DNA of 64,000 nucleotides from Pavona decussata (GCA_977016875.1 CDRNST010000104.1:5518001-5582000), one strand, 5' to 3'; positions 37,281 to 50,249 are shown, counted from the stretch's first letter. Notes: generated by a model from the sequence alone, not told the origin. Numbers and translations: made by a program.

Positions 37281-37851
37281 AATATATTTGTCTCTGAATA
37301 TGACTCTGACTTGGATGTGTACAGTGTAAAACTATGCTGCGGCAAACAAAGAAGACTGAAAACGGAGATTGTTGTGGCAAAACGTGAGTGGCAGAGAAGG
37401 CAGAGCCTATCCCCTAGAGTAGCAGTGTCTCTAGGGGAACCGATTCTAGAGCGTAACATAGGGTGGACCAGAAGAGGGGTGCCCTTTTGGGAGGATAATA
37501 GACCAGAAGGTACGATGGTACCATCTTGGAGAGATCCGGACCTCTTATCAATGGGAACCATGGTTTTTGCTGTGGGACAAACAAGGTGCAGCTGAGTGTG
37601 CACTTCCTGCCATAAATAAAATTTCTATTGGCTCAGCACACATTAATAATATTAAAAGTAACATTAGTGAACTAAGCAACGAGAAAGAGTAAATATCAAA
37701 ATAACAAATGCCCAAAGTATTCTAAATTACATTAACCTATAATATTAAAACCACATTTCATATTATATTGACTTAACTATCTAAATAAATTTATATATTT
37801 AGTATCACATTTTATTGCCAGAGCCCCTTTGGATAACAGCCATGTAGCTGA

Positions 37852-38190
37852 ATGATAATAAATACGGCTCACCTCTGTGATTTACATGTATCAATCCGCC
37901 GTTCATATTTACCACGTTTTGATCTGTTGTTGCAGAAGGCAAAGCTTATTTTCGTCGCTTCATCGTCATGTTTTTCCGGGTTAAACACAAGACCTAGACC
38001 CAGATGCGAATTCAGCTTGCCTAAATAGAATATTAAGATTTAACTCAAACAGAATAATAAATACGGCTCACCTCAGGGATTTACATGTATCAATCCGCCG
38101 TTCATATTTACCACGTTTTGATCTGTTGTTGCAGAAGTTAGAGCTTATTTTCGTCACTTCATCGTCGCGTTTTTCCTGGTTAAACACAAA
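37852..38190. repeat. Tandem duplicate of about 200 bp covering the exon 3' end and donor of the 38-kb pseudo-exon
   Basis: aataaatacggctcacctc..gatttacatgtatcaatccgccg..ggttaaacacaa at about 37857 and 38056. Confidence 0.9.
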
Positions 38191-38457
38191 GGTTATTCCA
38201 AAGAAGAAACAATAAGTAATAGATCCAGTCAAAGGAAAAATTGACGCGACAAAAATTCTTCTACCTTCCCAAAACCCACACTCGTATCAATCGCATTTGC
38301 TTCGCCGAATCAACATTGCTCGTGGATATTTTGCTATTCTGCTGCATAGTTCTGTGTGTCCATCACGGTCCTCTCCTTCAAATCTAGGCGTACTTTGAAG
38401 TTCTTTACTTCAAGGAAGACTGAAGGACACGCTTGTAATCATCACTGTCGTCGCCAT
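38072..38457 (-). pseudogene. Decayed first exon of a probable type II membrane or secreted protein, copy 1
   Basis: caaaATGGCG start context, hydrophobic RRIFVASIFPLTGSITYCFFFGITFVF followed by charged residues, donor AG|gtgagc; in-frame stops and frameshifts upstream. Confidence 0.5.
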
Positions 38458-41181
38458 TTTGAATCAGCTAAGTAACCGTTCCATATACACTTTGCAATCT
38501 TTCGCTAAAATGATACCGACAGTAGACTAAGGAGAGCTGAATTGAGCAGGAAATTGAATTTTCTTACAGTCTTTTATGGCGTTGGTTTACTGTCAAAGAA
38601 CATTTCCTATTTTCTCCAATGCATGGTCTTTATTTTATAACCATGAAGTAAAGAAATATTCCAGAAGAAAAAAGACGGTAATTATCTGATCTGGGCGCCA
38701 TTTTTTCGCCTTTTCCTTTCGTCAGTAACATACACTAACCTTGTCATGACTTTAATCTTTTCACTGAAAACCGGTAATCACTGAAGTTATATGGATCTGC
38801 CACTATTCAAATCAAAAGTTTTTAGCAGCAGTTTGCTGTATTGTTATTGTAAGCTTGTCGCTATTTTAGAATTGATTTTTAAATTGTTCCCAGTTGAAAA
38901 CGTTTACTTGTTTGAAGAGGTTATGGGGAGATCACCAATGAAATAAAGTTCAACATTCGCTTCAAAAGAGAGGCAGGTCATTTAAAATATCGTTGAAAAG
39001 TCAGTTTATTGCGCTGTAATTTATACTCAAAACTCTTTGAAACAATTGCTTAGAAGCAATTCCCCTTGTGAACTTGCTTTTAGTGCGATTATTGACCTTA
39101 ACACCTCAGCTGAACCGAATCTTACACCGATTCTTCAGTAAACAGAAACAAACAGCGTTCTTGAAGCTTTGAATTCGATAAAAAGGTATCACTTAACAAT
39201 CTCTAGTGTTTTTAATTTGGTTAAGAGAAAATTCGTCTTTTGGCAAGCTCTAAGGCCCTCTCAGATCACATTTCTTATTGTCTAATTTTGCTGACAATGT
39301 CGTACATATCCGTTTAATGTTCACTGTAAACTAATCTTAAAATCTGCACCAGCGGTAGCACTCTTGGCGAGATGGGCAATGTTTGTCAAGTTTATCAAGT
39401 TTTTTGGTGTTTTACAAGAGTTTTTGTTTTCTTTTTGTAGATGCAATTTTTTTATTTCTGTTTTGGGTATTGCGCCTGTTTCGTCGGATTTCACTATAGG
39501 TATTGGTTTGGAGAGAAATGGCCGCATGGAAATCCTGCGACGGTCAATGTAATTGAAGAATGAACGTCGCTGTTTATTACTAAAAAATTGTGTTTAGTTT
39601 ATTGCTCCCGACACTGATACTTTGGGAAAAATCGCAGACGTCATTGTTTTACTCTTTCACACATAGAAATTCGTAGGGATTTTGTTCGCGCCGAATATTG
39701 AACGTTGGTAACTGGCAAATTGGTAAATGACATTTAAATACGCTGGACGACAATTTCGAGACTTTGCGTTCATTGCAAGAAATGACGACTTGACCTCAAG
39801 GTAACCAAATTAACTAAATCTATACATTGTGGAGCTCAATTTCTTTCCTCAGTCTGATAGCGCTTCTATTTGTAGTCAAAAATTAGAACGATTTTTCAAC
39901 AAACAGAGCTTTACAGGAGGCCTTTGCTTGGGGACTGTTTGTATCTTGGATGGTGATTTGGTCTATTCTATTCAGCGATTCCAGAGAGTTGTAAAACAAT
40001 TTCGGAAGTTAAAGACAATGAATCGAATATCTAGAAGTCTTGTAAGAGAAAACTGGACAAGCAAGTAAGAAACTTTTACTCCCCGTACAAATCTCCTGTG
40101 ATATCACGCAACGGACTTTCGTGACGCTAATTACGGTACAAAGGTCAATTACATACACATTTATAAGGCTTGATTTCCTGGGAGAAGGTACGCTGTTGAG
40201 AAAAGAGATAGGTCTGAAAATCAAATCTTTTGCTTTGTCAAGTTCTCACTGTCATCGGCGAAGTGGTTTCGTGATATCTCAGATCGGCCGCGGTCCCTTA
40301 ATGATGCAAAACTCAAAACATGCCGCGTTTCGTCATGGCAGTGGCTAAGCCTTTTTTTCTAAAAATATTTAAAAAATAGTACATAATCACCACTGACCTC
40401 AATATTCTTAAAACCCCATTTTTAATTTTTAACTCCTATTTCAACATTCCCATTCCCCATTCCCGTTCTTTATTTTGTAACATTTACTTACAAAGTTGGC
40501 AAAGTGACATTTGAGGTCAATTTCACCTGTCGGTCATTTTATCTTACTTTTTAATTTCGGTAGAGTTGTCAACAGGATGTGATAGCGCATAACTTGTTAA
40601 AAATCCATAAAAGCACTGGAAGTTGCTAAGTTATTAGAGTGCTAGCAAATACAATAATTTATCCACTGCCGCGATATTTATACATTTCATTGCTTCAGAA
40701 ATGACAACTCCAACTTTTGTTAATAAACGGATCGCTGAAAACGATTAACATCACATCATTAGCAAATGTTGGTGTGACAGCTTGCATTATTAAACTGGCA
40801 TAAGATCCTTACGCCACGATTCACCTGAGGCTAATTCCATTTCAAAGACAATTTAGCTCGATTTGAACCCTTTCGCAGATCTAAAGCTTTTTTCTTCGCT
40901 TAAAGGATGGATTATTTTCCCTTTTTCCCTCTCGTGTCGATGGCTTGTATAATATCTAGACCAGTTCGCTCAGAAGGTAAGATCATTTCTATGGCGAAGA
41001 ATTATCTTTAAGCTGTTTCCCCTGCCAACACCTAACCGACCCAATTCAAAGGAAATTGGATTCAGTGCCTGTTCATTAAGTTTCCTGGGTTTCCTTTGCT
41101 TTATACACATCTTAATGCTACTCTAACGTCTTCGACTACCTTTTAGAGCGAGAGAGGGCTGTTGTAGAATTCTTAGTTAAG

Positions 41182-41328
41182 ATGGTGACGATATAATCAA
41201 GGCTTCCTTGGAAATATCCTGTTTATTTTGTTAATTTATATTTTCTTGGCGTCCCTAAATATTATACCCAGAAAGCAGAGATTTCAACACATTTAATTCC
41301 GGAACTTATCCCTTGCACGCAGATGATG
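41182..41328 (+). pseudogene. Candidate decayed first (signal-peptide) exon of the PAN-EGF-PLAT gene
   Basis: aagATGg, hydrophobic run GFLGNILFILLIYIFLASL and phase-1 donor GAT G|gtgagg that fits the PAN exon; joining ATG, hydrophobic run and donor needs two frameshifts. Confidence 0.35.
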
Positions 41329-42708
41329 GTGAGGTTCCTGTCGAATGTCGTAATTATATATATATAATTTACCATACATTTTCAAACCTGTTAGGAGTCT
41401 GATACTACAAAATCAGCTGAATTTTGAATTCAGCGAAAGTCAGAAAAGCCGTAAATGTTATGACAAACAAATATAGAGTAAACTCTTTGTGCCAGATAGA
41501 GGAGAACTTTGTTGAGCGCAAGTATTTAGTTAGAAGACAGCCAGGAAAAAAATGTTTTATACACTGGGATTTTCTGTAGTCATTTTGCGAGCCTAATATG
41601 GAGGACAGAATTTACGACTTACAAGCAAAAATACCTAGTCGCATAACAAAAAATTGCATTAAAATATTTTTGTATTATTTTATTTATATATAGTTTTTGA
41701 AGTCTGGACTAAAAGCGGTGTTTTTATCGCGCACGTTCCAGAGGAGTGTCTTTTGATCGATTTACATTCGTTATAGTGGGTATTTGGACACTAAAACGCT
41801 TTATTGAGAGCGCATGGGATTTAATGGCTAAAGGAGAATAGGACTTTCGACTCCATTGCATCTGAGCTGACAAAAATATTACCAGAATATTCAGCAAAAA
41901 TATCCTATACTTAAATCTCATTATGTAGACGTAACTGAAACATGAGGGAAATCAATTTTTTTTGAGAGGAGAAACTTAGCAGGTACTACTCTGAGGTTCA
42001 AATACCGTTTTCAAACAAATGGTCCATGTATTTAATATTTTTCACTCACATTTTTAAATTTGTTAGTCGTCCATTTTTTTTTCTAAACTTTTAACACCAA
42101 AAAAAAAAAAAAAGAAAATTTCATGGTTGAGTTGTATACCTGTAAATAGTAAAAGATGATGCAAATTACCAGTTGTCAAAAACCGTAACGTTAGACGCGC
42201 AAATACAATGCCCTTAATGGTTACCTAGTGTATACAGAAACCGCTTGCTCATTGGCAAACACAAGAATTGACCACATTTAACTTCAGTTTGGCAAGACTA
42301 TCCAAACTAGAACGAAATAATTTATAAAGAGATTTAGTGCCATACTACGGTCCCAAAAAAGTCCCTTCATTGTTAGATCTAATAGGAATTGCAAGACGAC
42401 TCATTCCATCTTATATATATAACAGTAACAGTTTCCTTTAAGGTACCTCAGTTTGCGTTCAAAACGTTTATTATTCTGCTTTACAAGCTTTTGATAAGTG
42501 AAATTGCCTTTTTAACTCAAAAAATTAATTTTCTTGCAATGTTAAATTAACAGTACTTAATGTTTAACAGGTGGATTCAAAACTTGTTCAAATTAAAATT
42601 TGCGAAAAGCCACCTAATTACACGTAACGAGGCGCAAATACATCACACTTATCTGACAACTCTTGAATAAGACCACCCAAATATTTCAGCGGTGATGGAA
42701 TAGATTAA

Positions 42709-44335
42709 TTCATGAATGAATAAACTTTATTAACGTGTCAGTAAGATATCTAGCAGGGGGTAAGCCTTCAGCTAATAGGGGACACCTAACTAAGCGTAAC
42801 AAAGAATCTAAAACTGTGTAATGTATAAACAATTGTAAAAGATTAAAAAATATACATATAACTATGTCTATTTAAAATACATCAAAACAGTGACAAAAGA
42901 TTGAGGACAAATACTTTTACGGTAAAAATAGTATTGTAAACAGGAAGTCTAGGAATTGCATAGATTGCAGCCAGTGCAACCATCTTTTAAGAGGCTTGAT
43001 AAATCGCACTTTCGTTTTTGCGATTTAAAGGTATTAAGATTGCTTGCAAGTCTCTCCTTACTGGATTAGTTATGCCACAGTTTGGGACCAAGGTATCTTA
43101 ACGAATGTTTGCCATAAGTAGTAGCTATAGTGTTAAAATCTTGGTAGCGCAAAGTCAGTTTGTCTCAGCTGATAAATATGGTTACTAGGCTGAAATAGAT
43201 TACAAATTGGCCTGGGACATAAGTTATGTTTCGCTTTGTACATCAGAATACATATATCTTGGAGCCGTCTGTTGCAGAGTGAGTAAATTTGCTTTATCTA
43301 AAAGCTGTTGGTAACCAAGATGTGTGTCCCTAAAGACAGCCCGCAACCCCCGTTCTTGTAGCCTCTTTAATCTACAAGTGTCTGAGGCCCTGCAAAAGTG
43401 ACATACTATATGGAAGTAAGTGAGGTGGGGAAGAATTGACGATTTATGGAGTTGTAACTTGGCCATGGTAGGTATCAGATTCCGTAACCGCATCAGCATG
43501 CTAATCCTCTGACTAAGTTTCATACAGATGATGTTGATGTGTTCGTTAAAGCTGAGTCTACTATCAATAGTCACGCCAAGGAGTTCAGTTTAGATTTTTA
43601 GACTCGGTTATAATCTCGCCCGTAACAGTTATACTCGTTTGCTCATTACTTGCGCGTTTACTTCGTATAATTTAACATCTGATACTTCCAAAGGATGCCC
43701 TGAAGTAGATTCGAATCATACAAGCTGGTTGCCAGGATTGCGCTCTGCTGCTCGTATCTAGACTATATATGAGACCATTCTGAAAGATGTTCCAGAAAAG
43801 GGGTCCTAAGACTGACCCTTGAGGGCAGCCACGATTTACTAGCCTCCAAGAGCTTCTTACCGTCCCGATTCGTACACGATATTGACGATCGTACAAGTAA
43901 CTCCGAAGCATGTCGACCGCCTTGTCTCGGAAACAATAGGCCTTTAGCTTGCATAACATAAGTTGTGGATGCAGACAGTCAAAAGCTTTAGACATGTCCG
44001 TTGAGAGGATACTGACAGATAACTGGTTGTCCTTGGCACGTTTCCAGTCCCCCGCAATGCCAATGAGTGATGATTCACAACTGTGACGTCTACGATAGGC
44101 TGTAAGAAAGTCTCCGAGATGGTAGTCAAACTTACTTGTTGTTTGGTTACCTAGTAGCCGCTTAAATACTTTGTTTAGGCAAGATAGTACCGTAAGAGGC
44201 CTATAGCTCTTTTATGCCTGTCTGTCTCCTTTTTTAAAAACTGGAGTCCAATCTCCCCTCTTCCAGTCACTGGGCCATGTATCCTTTTCTATACACGCGT
44301 TGAAAAGGGTGTAAAGGGCAGGGCCATCTTCAGCA
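42709..44335 (-). mobile_element. 5'-truncated, degraded LINE (CR1/L2 group)
   Basis: WPSDWKRGDWTPVFKKGD, DMSKAFDCLH, RGCPQGSVLGPLFWNIF, RLSFNEHI..RLRNLIP..RLQERGLRAV; 3' aataaag + (attc)n tail at about 42710. Confidence 0.92.
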
Positions 44336-44855
44336 CCCTGGCCGAGATGCCATAAAGGAATGCGAGAGCTCGTGTTGGCAAAAGTTTCAATTCCTTTTGA
44401 AAGCAAGGGAGAAAAGGAGACGGGGGTGGGGGGTTAACGGTCTCTTGGGTCTCCTCCTCTCGATCGTCAAATTTTTGTGATCAACCTTCTAGGGAAACTC
44501 AAAGTCGACTACCCTTGACAGCAGACAAATGTGTAGAATTTAGGCCTTTTTGTTCTAATTGACGTAAAACAGGCTGAGGGAATCGCTTTCATTTATCCGA
44601 AACTTCTCATAGGCAGCTTTTGAAGGTTTAACTTTTGACTCGTCAACAAGTATTCTTACATTAATTGAGTGAGTTCAAATTAAAGTCTGACTCAGTCAAA
44701 AGCACATTTCTTATATTGTGCCGGATTATATATCTCACCAATATAGGGAGAAGAAACTCAGTTCAGATTTCAAATATCAGACTCTAAACCATCGTCTCCC
44801 ACTTCGCATTAAAAACTTGTATTTACGATCATTCTTCTTCTTTCTACTTCTTCAG

Positions 44856-45121
44856 AAGTACCTCGCTCGATGGAGTTCCCTGCTCCCTTCTTTTTTGCTG
44901 ACAAACGTCTCATTGATCACACCATAAAAATCATCAGTGTCCTAGACATGGATCTCTGTGAGTTGATGTGTTACCAGGAGCCCAACTGCGTCAGCTTTAA
45001 CTTCAAAAAGAACTCAGAAAATGGAGAAGTAAAACACAGGTGTGAGTTGAATAACTCCACTCATTTGGAGCACGACAGCGAGTTCAAAGATGATCCATCT
45101 TACTTCTACCGAGGAGCAAAG
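44856..45121 (+). CDS. PAN/Apple-EGF-PLAT gene, PAN/Apple-like exon
   Basis: Acceptor tttctacttcttcag| and donor AAG|gtgagg; encodes KRLIDHTIK..CELMCYQEPNCVSFNF..RCELNNSTH..YFYRGAK, the usual anthozoan PAN-like pattern. Confidence 0.85.
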
Positions 45122-45184
45122 GTGAGGGCAACATAATTTTGACCTTGGAAATCAAACTTCTGATAACAGAAGATTTATGTAAAA

Positions 45185-45285
45185 CGAATGTTTGGTTTAT
45201 CAGCAGAGTTGATAAGGTAATTTGGCCACCGTAAAGGGATTCGAGCGCTGACGTCTCGAGGGTTAGCCTTTCATCTGAGCGACTA
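45185..45285 (-). ncRNA. Decayed minimal hammerhead-ribozyme repeat (Penelope-associated type)
   Basis: Minus strand reads CAGATGAaaggctaaccctcGAGAcgtcagc against the core CUGANGA..GAAA..GUC; two core positions are substituted. Confidence 0.5.
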
Positions 45286-45562
45286 AAACAATTGTGGGTT
45301 ACACTGAATATGCTTTATATAGCGAGCACTGGTGAGAGCATGGTGACTTGGAAAACAAGAATAAACAAGTCGAATGAAAAGCGGTTTTTGATTCCGTGGA
45401 GATTAAGAGTGCCGATTTGTGGCCTTTTGTTTGACCATGATGCTGCGAACTGCCACGGACTGCCGTGTGTTTGAAACAATGGTTAGTCTGGTTAAAGTGT
45501 CGAGCGATTGGTTTGGATACATCTTTGTCATTTTTTCAACGACTCTAACGCCGATATTTTAA

Positions 45563-46270
45563 GGTTACCCTATACCTTCAGAGGTGTCTCGCGTTTAAGC
45601 GATGTAGCGCGTCCAGTTTATACTGTAGATACCTAAACCCTTATATCAAATTAAAGCTTATAGAGCTGGCTATCAAACTATACCAAGAATTTTGAAATAA
45701 AATGAATTGTCAAATTTTTCACGACCTCTAAATGCGAGCGTCCGAATCACCTTTTAAAAGCTACAAGTGAAAGCGAATTTTGTTTCTCGCTAATTTAATT
45801 TGCTCCTCAGTTTTCGGACCCAAAGTGCTAAAAAAACGTCTGCGTTTTGTCATATTCAATCGCAATGAAAAGTTATAGAGCGTTTTCGAAATAGGATGAA
45901 AAAAATGTAAAGTGATCGTACAAAAATTGCTCTCAGAGAAGAAATATTTCGAAAGAAAAAATTCGCAGACACGTTTTTGTTGTTTATATGTTAAACTAGC
46001 TACTGTCCAAATTTGAAGGCAAGCGAACAAATTTCTTTTGAGTTTTAGCTCTTTGAAGTGGCTCCTCCAAGTGAAAAAAATTAATTCGAGAAAACAGCGC
46101 TAGAAATTCGGCAATTCGTTTAATTTCAAAATTCTTGGTTTAGCTTGATAGCCAGCTCTATAAGCTTTAATTTGATATAAGGGTCCTGGTATCTACAGTT
46201 TAAACTGGACCCGCTACATCGCGTGGACGCGAGACACCTTTTAAGACTTCTCTGAAGGTATAGGGTAACC
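45563..46270. mobile_element. Non-autonomous Kolobok-like DNA transposon in the PAN-EGF intron
   Basis: TIRs of about 150 bp starting GGTTACCCTATACCTTCAGA, flanked by TTAA / TTCA. Confidence 0.8.
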
Positions 46271-46351
46271 TTCACGAACTACTCGGTTAATTCATTTGGC
46301 AGGTTAACGAACTAAATTAGTTATTTCTTTACTTTTTTCCCCTTTTCGGAG

Positions 46352-46466
46352 AACGCATGTGGAAAGAAGCTATGCCGGAACAACGGGATTTGCCAGTCAG
46401 GTTTTACAGACAAAGGATATCGTTGCGTTTGTCCGTCGGGATTTGAGGGTCATCATTGTGCAAAGG
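46352..46466 (+). CDS. PAN/Apple-EGF-PLAT gene, EGF exon
   Basis: NACGKKLCRNNGICQSGFTDKGYRCVCPSGFEGHHCAK (six-Cys EGF spacing); phase-0 entry matches the previous exon; donor G|gtaagc; acceptor ttttcggag (GAG, weak). Confidence 0.88.
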
Positions 46467-46599
46467 GTAAGCCTGTTGAGTTTGACAGTTTTTAAAATAG
46501 TATAAAATGTAGGAGTACTTTTTAGCTGTCCTGAGAAACCATTGAATTGAAATCAGAGTTAAAATTGATAATATTGGCAAACCGTTACTCACATGTTTT

Positions 46600-46832
46600 G
46601 GTTTGTCCCACCGTACCCGCAGCACTCTTCGAAAAGAACATGGGATGTAGTCCCCGATGCCTATGGTCTGGCCTTGTTTCCGGAATGGGGGCTGTCACTT
46701 GTTACTTTACTGCCCGCTAAAGTTCCAAATTGCACCCACAAGCAGTCTGTTAAAGTCCCCCACAAAGTGTTGTAAAGTGCATTTGAATATTTTGTAGAAA
46801 ATGAGCTATATAAATTGCATATCATCATCATG
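46600..46832 (+). mobile_element. SINE 3' part with (CAT)n tail
   Basis: gtaaagtgcatttga..gctatataaattgcat(atc)n, an L2-like tail. Confidence 0.5.
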
Positions 46833-47726
46833 AAGGATCACAAAGCACAGCGACCAACATGGGCTCGATGTACAGTTCACTCCGGTTGAGAGAAATATGT
46901 GTTTTACGAATCACTGGCACAGCATGCTCGGAAAAGGAAAATTCCAATTCTCCCAACAGGATTCAAAACTACGACCGCCCGATTACTAGTCTCGATACCC
47001 TACCAGTGAACTTTTGAAATCCTGTGGAAGGATTTAGCTTTTGCTCTGTCACTCTGGACACTACTTTTGTACTCACTAAGATCAATGAGAACTACTTGAA
47101 TTGGTACCTGACTATACTTGTAAGAAGGAAGAATGTGGATTTGAACAAGTCTTGAAAAGTCAAGAAAAATCTGCCATATAGCAGTGGAATTAACGATCCT
47201 CATCTAAACCATGATTATTACGTTATAATTTCCAAATGGCGGCCATCTTGGATCTCCCTAAAATTTCCAGGAGCTTGCAAAAATGACCTTAACCTCATAT
47301 AACCAATAGGGGAAAACAAGAATGAGCGAAAAAAAAAAACAACTAAAAGTTACTATTAGAAATGTCACATGTCTTCACTAAAAAGGAATTAAATATTCCA
47401 ATTTCCAAAAGCACCTATCGTCCAAATTGGGTTGCCACCGTAACATCAAATTTTACCTAACGCTAATCGTGACTTACCATATAATTGGTTTCCGGATAAT
47501 ATTCTAACTGAAAAATGACAAAGTTTGGTTGCAAATGCTCACATGATGGGAAGGTTTTCTCTCTGGCAAGCCCAAACGTTTTGAAATACTGATTCAATTT
47601 GAAATCCGTTGGCTAAAGGAAGATTGTGAGGACGGAATACTGCATAGCTCCCACTTGATCAAAGACCTGTAGCATGGATATCCCCATTTCGTTTTTTTTG
47701 TCATAAACTTACACTTGATTTTTTAG

Positions 47727-47874
47727 TTGAATACTGCGACTACACAATCACTGTGTACACAGCAAACACATTGTGGGCGGGAACTGACGCCAGAGTGTTT
47801 GTGGAGGTATTTGGCCAGATACGAAACTCAGGAGAAATAGAATTGGTAGGAAACAATCCGTTTGAGAAGGGCAG
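47727..47874 (+). CDS. PAN/Apple-EGF-PLAT gene, PLAT/LH2 exon 1
   Basis: ttttttag| ... |gtaagt; VEYCDYTITVYTANTLWAGTDARVFVEVFGQIRNSGEIELVGNNPFEKG fits the PLAT N-half (YxIxVxT, AGTDAxV, FExG). Confidence 0.88.
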
Positions 47875-48190
47875 GTAAGTAGTGGTAGTGATAAAAATAC
47901 AACCTTCCGTAAGAGTTATTACCATATAAGCTTTTGAACAATGTCAGTCTTCTTTGAAATTCACTATGCCTCCCACCACTGTATCACAGCTAATTTGTTT
48001 ATATTTTACGCACGTCTAGCGTCTTATTTAGGTGCAATTATAGCAATGGGGTTGGTGCAGTGTTTACCTGCCTTGCTCCAAATGTTTCCTTATTCAGTAA
48101 AAAGTAGCATTTTCAAATTCCAGTTGAATGTCGACACAAATGCAGGAGAAGTGATGACTTTTTAAAATGCATATCGCTGCTTTCTTTCAG

Positions 48191-48293
48191 TGTGGATACA
48201 TTCAATGTCAATTTACCAAACTTGGGACGACTGACCAAGCTGACCATCAGACACGACAACGGGGGATCTGGGCCGAAATGGATTTTGAGCAAG
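48191..48293 (+). CDS. PAN/Apple-EGF-PLAT gene, PLAT/LH2 exon 2
   Basis: tttctttcag| ... AAG|gtaacc; SVDTFNVNLPNLGRLTKLTIRHDNGGSGPKWILSK carries the PLAT DxF, LGxL, HDNxG, PxW motifs; phase compatible. Confidence 0.9.
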
Positions 48294-48831
48294 GTAACCA
48301 CGCCGTTCTTGTTATCTCTAGTCAGTTGAAATTGCTAACCTGTTACCTCCCATTAGCTTTGGTGGCATTAGTCACAACAATACCCTAAGCCTAAAAAACA
48401 GTAGAAGTGGTGATTCTAAGCCGAAGGATGAAAGGAGAGGTACAAGAGAGGCAGTGTTTCACTGTTGCATTGTTTGGTTTGATATGTGATCCTATAGTAT
48501 ATAGGCATTTTGTTTACGCTTTATCTAAATTCTTTGACTTAATATCAATTTTATTTTCGTCCATAGATATTTTGTTTGATGTTTTTTTAACCCTTAATGA
48601 GCTGGGTAATATTGCATTGCAGTAATCACCCCCTCAAGTTAATTTACGATCTCTAAATATTTGTTATTATTATTTTTGTGCTACTAAAAGTGCTCACACT
48701 TTTTTCCTTTATACCTGCTGATATAAATAAAACCACGAAGGTTGCCAGTGAATCCTTTGGTATTATTTTTAAACAAAATGTAATCCATAATAGTCTGTTT
48801 ATGTAATGAACATTGTTTATTTTTCATCCAG

Positions 48832-48930
48832 GTTCGTGTGCAAAATAGCAAAGAAGGCGTGGAAGTTTCATTTCAGTGCTCATGTGAGCTAAAGGGGGCT
48901 TCCAACATGAAGACGTTGTTTCCGACCTAG
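48832..48930 (+). CDS. PAN/Apple-EGF-PLAT gene, terminal exon
   Basis: ttttcatccag| VRVQNSKEGVEVSFQCSCELKGASNMKTLFPT* completes PLAT (VxV..FxCxC); AATAAA at 49371. Confidence 0.8.
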   Translation, partial: VRVQNSKEGVEVSFQCSCELKGASNMKTLFPT

Positions 48931-49829
48931 ACACCTTGTTCCCGAGTCAAAGCAAATGAATTACACAGTAACGATCTTCTCTAGGTCACCTAAAGCATTT
49001 TACCTTTAACAAAAGAGAGAAAATCAGATCACTTAACCCCGAATTCGTCTAACCAACTACTAGAAACTGCTCTAGAAATGGAGGGGATATTAATTTCAAA
49101 TCATGGAGATTTTACTGTATTTTGTTAACCCTATCTAGACTGGAGGGGCCAGCGGATTCTCTCCGTGGCGTCTTTGAACCTGAATTTGAACAAACGCCAT
49201 GAAGCTCCAGGAGAATTTCTCAGAAATTTATCTAAAAAAATTTGATGTGGTCGATCAGTGAGTTGATAAAAATGATTTGGCGTTGACGGCCTGATTCTTT
49301 GATGATCTCTACCTCTTTTGCGCATGTCAAGTCAGTTAATCCACTAAACATAGATACAGGTTGTATAACTAATAAATATATATATTGAAATCACTGCACA
49401 GCAGCCAAAGTAGCAGAGCTTTCGAGTTGGTTGCTGCTTATTTTCACATAAAGGAAGGAAATATTGAATAATCATGGATCTTGACTTACACTAACAAAAT
49501 AGTAGGTAACAAAAATAGTAAGTAATAAAAATTTACTAACCGGTAAAATACAACAAACTATAAAATGCAACTTAAATAAAATTATTATATACTATTCTAT
49601 CCAGGTAATTTATTGGTTTCCATGATATGGGTAGGTAGGCAATGAGTAAATAATATATAAGCTAGCTATCAAAACAGCTAAGTAGCTAACAAAGCCTATA
49701 TGATATTCAACTGTGAGTTCTAATATGACTGCGTGAAAGTTGACAGAGTTTGTATGGATAAAATGCTAATTCATGAGTCATAATTCAGACTCCACTGAAC
49801 ACACGTTTATGGAATGCAATATAACAATA

Positions 49830-50039
49830 TCCTTGTATTCGGAAGCTTTATCGTGGTTTAATATTGTAAATAATAACGATATTTATCTTACTAGTAAGCA
49901 CATAACCCACAACCAGATTCCTCACGTCCCTCAATAAAACGAACACACAAGGCGTCGACTACACTTATTCGTCCTTATTCGGAAGCTTTATCGTGGTTTA
50001 ATATTATAAAAAATAACGATATTTATCTTACAAGCAAGC
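49830..50039. repeat. Tandem repeat (period about 140 bp) running into an assembly gap
   Basis: tattcggaagctttatcgtggtttaatatt..aataacgatatttatcttac occurs twice. Confidence 0.8.
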
Positions 50040-50249
50040 NNNNNNNNNNNNNNNNNNNNNNNNNNNNNNNNNNNNNNNNNNNNNNNNNNNNNNNNNNNNN
50101 NNNNNNNNNNNNNNNNNNNNNNNNNNNNNNNNNNNNNNNNNNNNNNNNNNNNNNNNNNNNNNNNNNNNNNNNNNNNNNNNNNNNNNNNNNNNNNNNNNNN
50201 NNNNNNNNNNNNNNNNNNNNNNNNNNNNNNNNNNNNNNNNNNNNNNNNN
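50040..50249. other. Assembly gap
   Basis: Run of N. Confidence 1.

Noticed and set aside
37274-37603. Possible exon or LINE endonuclease relic (LLVYYPP..LGD)
   Set aside because: Motif match too weak and interrupted by stops to call.
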